Assembly: GCA_035542755.1 (NCBI GenBank)
Contig: DATKKU010000041.1
Coordinates: forward strand, 1-40,605
Direction of reading: 5' to 3'
Length of the DNA: 40,605 bases
Source: Candidatus Binatia bacterium
Lineage (GTDB): Bacteria > Patescibacteriota > Saccharimonadia > Saccharimonadales > UBA10212
Shown here: piece after piece, positions 40,035 through 40,605 of the stretch
Numbering within the stretch: the first letter of the stretch is position 1
Layout: every line of letters starts with the position of its first letter
Program-made: the position numbers and the translations under genes
The notes under the pieces: generated by a model
Seen by the model: the letters and a program-made list of their open reading frames with translations, nothing else
The model's database searches: none
What the model was told of the DNA's origin: nothing

Positions 40035-40605
40035 CTATTGCACCTGATATTCTATGTAACTGCCTGCACAAGTCTCGGATATCCTGCCGGCAGCGGCCGC
40101 ATTGTTGGCGAACTGGTAGTTCATGGTGCCGCTGGAGTTAGGCTGGAAGCTGAAGGTACCTTGGAAAACTCGCTGGTCGGCTACCGTGGCAGCCGTGCCC
40201 AGACTTAGTCCGCCGCTGGGGAAGGTAGTAGTCGCCCCTAAAACCCCGGCCGAAGATTGGATAGCATCAGCTGTTGTAGTACTAACGTAGGTTCCGCTAA
40301 CATTCTTGGCGGCAATCGCCGCCGGGAACAGGAATTCGCCCTTATAGTCACCCGTAGCGTTACTGCCTGAGTAAACTATGTAAAAACGCACGGTATAGGT
40401 GACCCCGCCAGTTACAGGGAACTGTAGAACGCTATCATTGGCATAAGTAGCACTGTTGGTAACGTCCTGAGCGGTAGTTTTAGTAATGCCAATCCAGGGA
40501 CTTATACAATTTACCCACGCGCCGTTTTGATAACAACGAAAGGTGTTAGTAGAAGTGTTATAGTACATCGCGCCACTGACTCCTGTCGGATCGGCCGATT
40601 GATTA
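40035..40605 (-). CDS. C-terminal part of a larger secreted/surface protein (partial, open at the window edge)
   Basis: The reading frame stays open upstream of Met 40568 to the window end (..NQSADPTGVSGAMYYNTSTNTFRCYQNGAWVNC). The rest is a Thr/Ser/Gly/Ala-rich beta-type sequence. Confidence 0.5.
   Translation of the reverse strand, partial: NQSADPTGVSGAMYYNTSTNTFRCYQNGAWVNCISPWIGITKTTAQDVTNSATYANDSVLQFPVTGGVTYTVRFYIVYSGSNATGDYKGEFLFPAAIAAKNVSGTYVSTTTADAIQSSAGVLGATTTFPSGGLSLGTAATVADQRVFQGTFSFQPNSSGTMNYQFANNAAAAGRISETCAGSYIEYQVQ

Overview
The window reads as a compact bacterial chromosome. Hand counts of 60-nt lines give 38-55% G+C. The gene content and style fit a small-genome Patescibacteria/Saccharibacteria-like organism, but that is inference only. 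It opens in what looks like the 3' end of a 23S rRNA. It then carries housekeeping genes (ligA, rdgB, murF, leuS, rpmF, nusB, rnc, rpsP, a KH-protein gene, trmD, a Fe/Mn SOD, htpX, lemA, a DD-carboxypeptidase) and many small membrane proteins. There are nine tRNA genes with encoded CCA: Leu-TAA, Cys-GCA, Val-TAC, Leu-GAG, Phe-GAA, Gly-GCC, Ala-CGC, Ala-GGC, Gln-CTG. Two things stand out. (1) At about 32.1-36.9 kb there is a clearly GC-richer (58-68% in sampled lines) minus-strand four-gene operon: PP2C phosphatase, atypical Ser/Thr kinase (Zn-ribbon plus large beta-rich C-terminal domain), long nicotinamidase (PncA-like) and TerY-like vWA protein. This is a TerY-P-type phosphorylation triad with a nicotinamidase embedded in it. 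It sits inside an NAD-salvage string (nrtR, pncB, then the island, then a nucleotidyltransferase-like/methyltransferase fusion), downstream of a pncB promoter that carries NrtR-type GT-N7-AC operators. (2) A family of AT-rich perfect palindromic boxes plus about 80-nt structured modules, in two subfamilies, flanks stable-RNA genes. Some copies sit in leader position and some follow a CCA end on the opposite strand. Smaller oddities are a patatin-like gene where rimM normally sits, a Cys-less LigA zinc-finger region, a small Cys-rich basic protein behind a palindromic operator-like promoter, a CDS starting 7 nt after a tRNA, and a long structured rpsP-KH spacer. All calls come from reading the sequence and ORF translations; no searches or folding programs were run.
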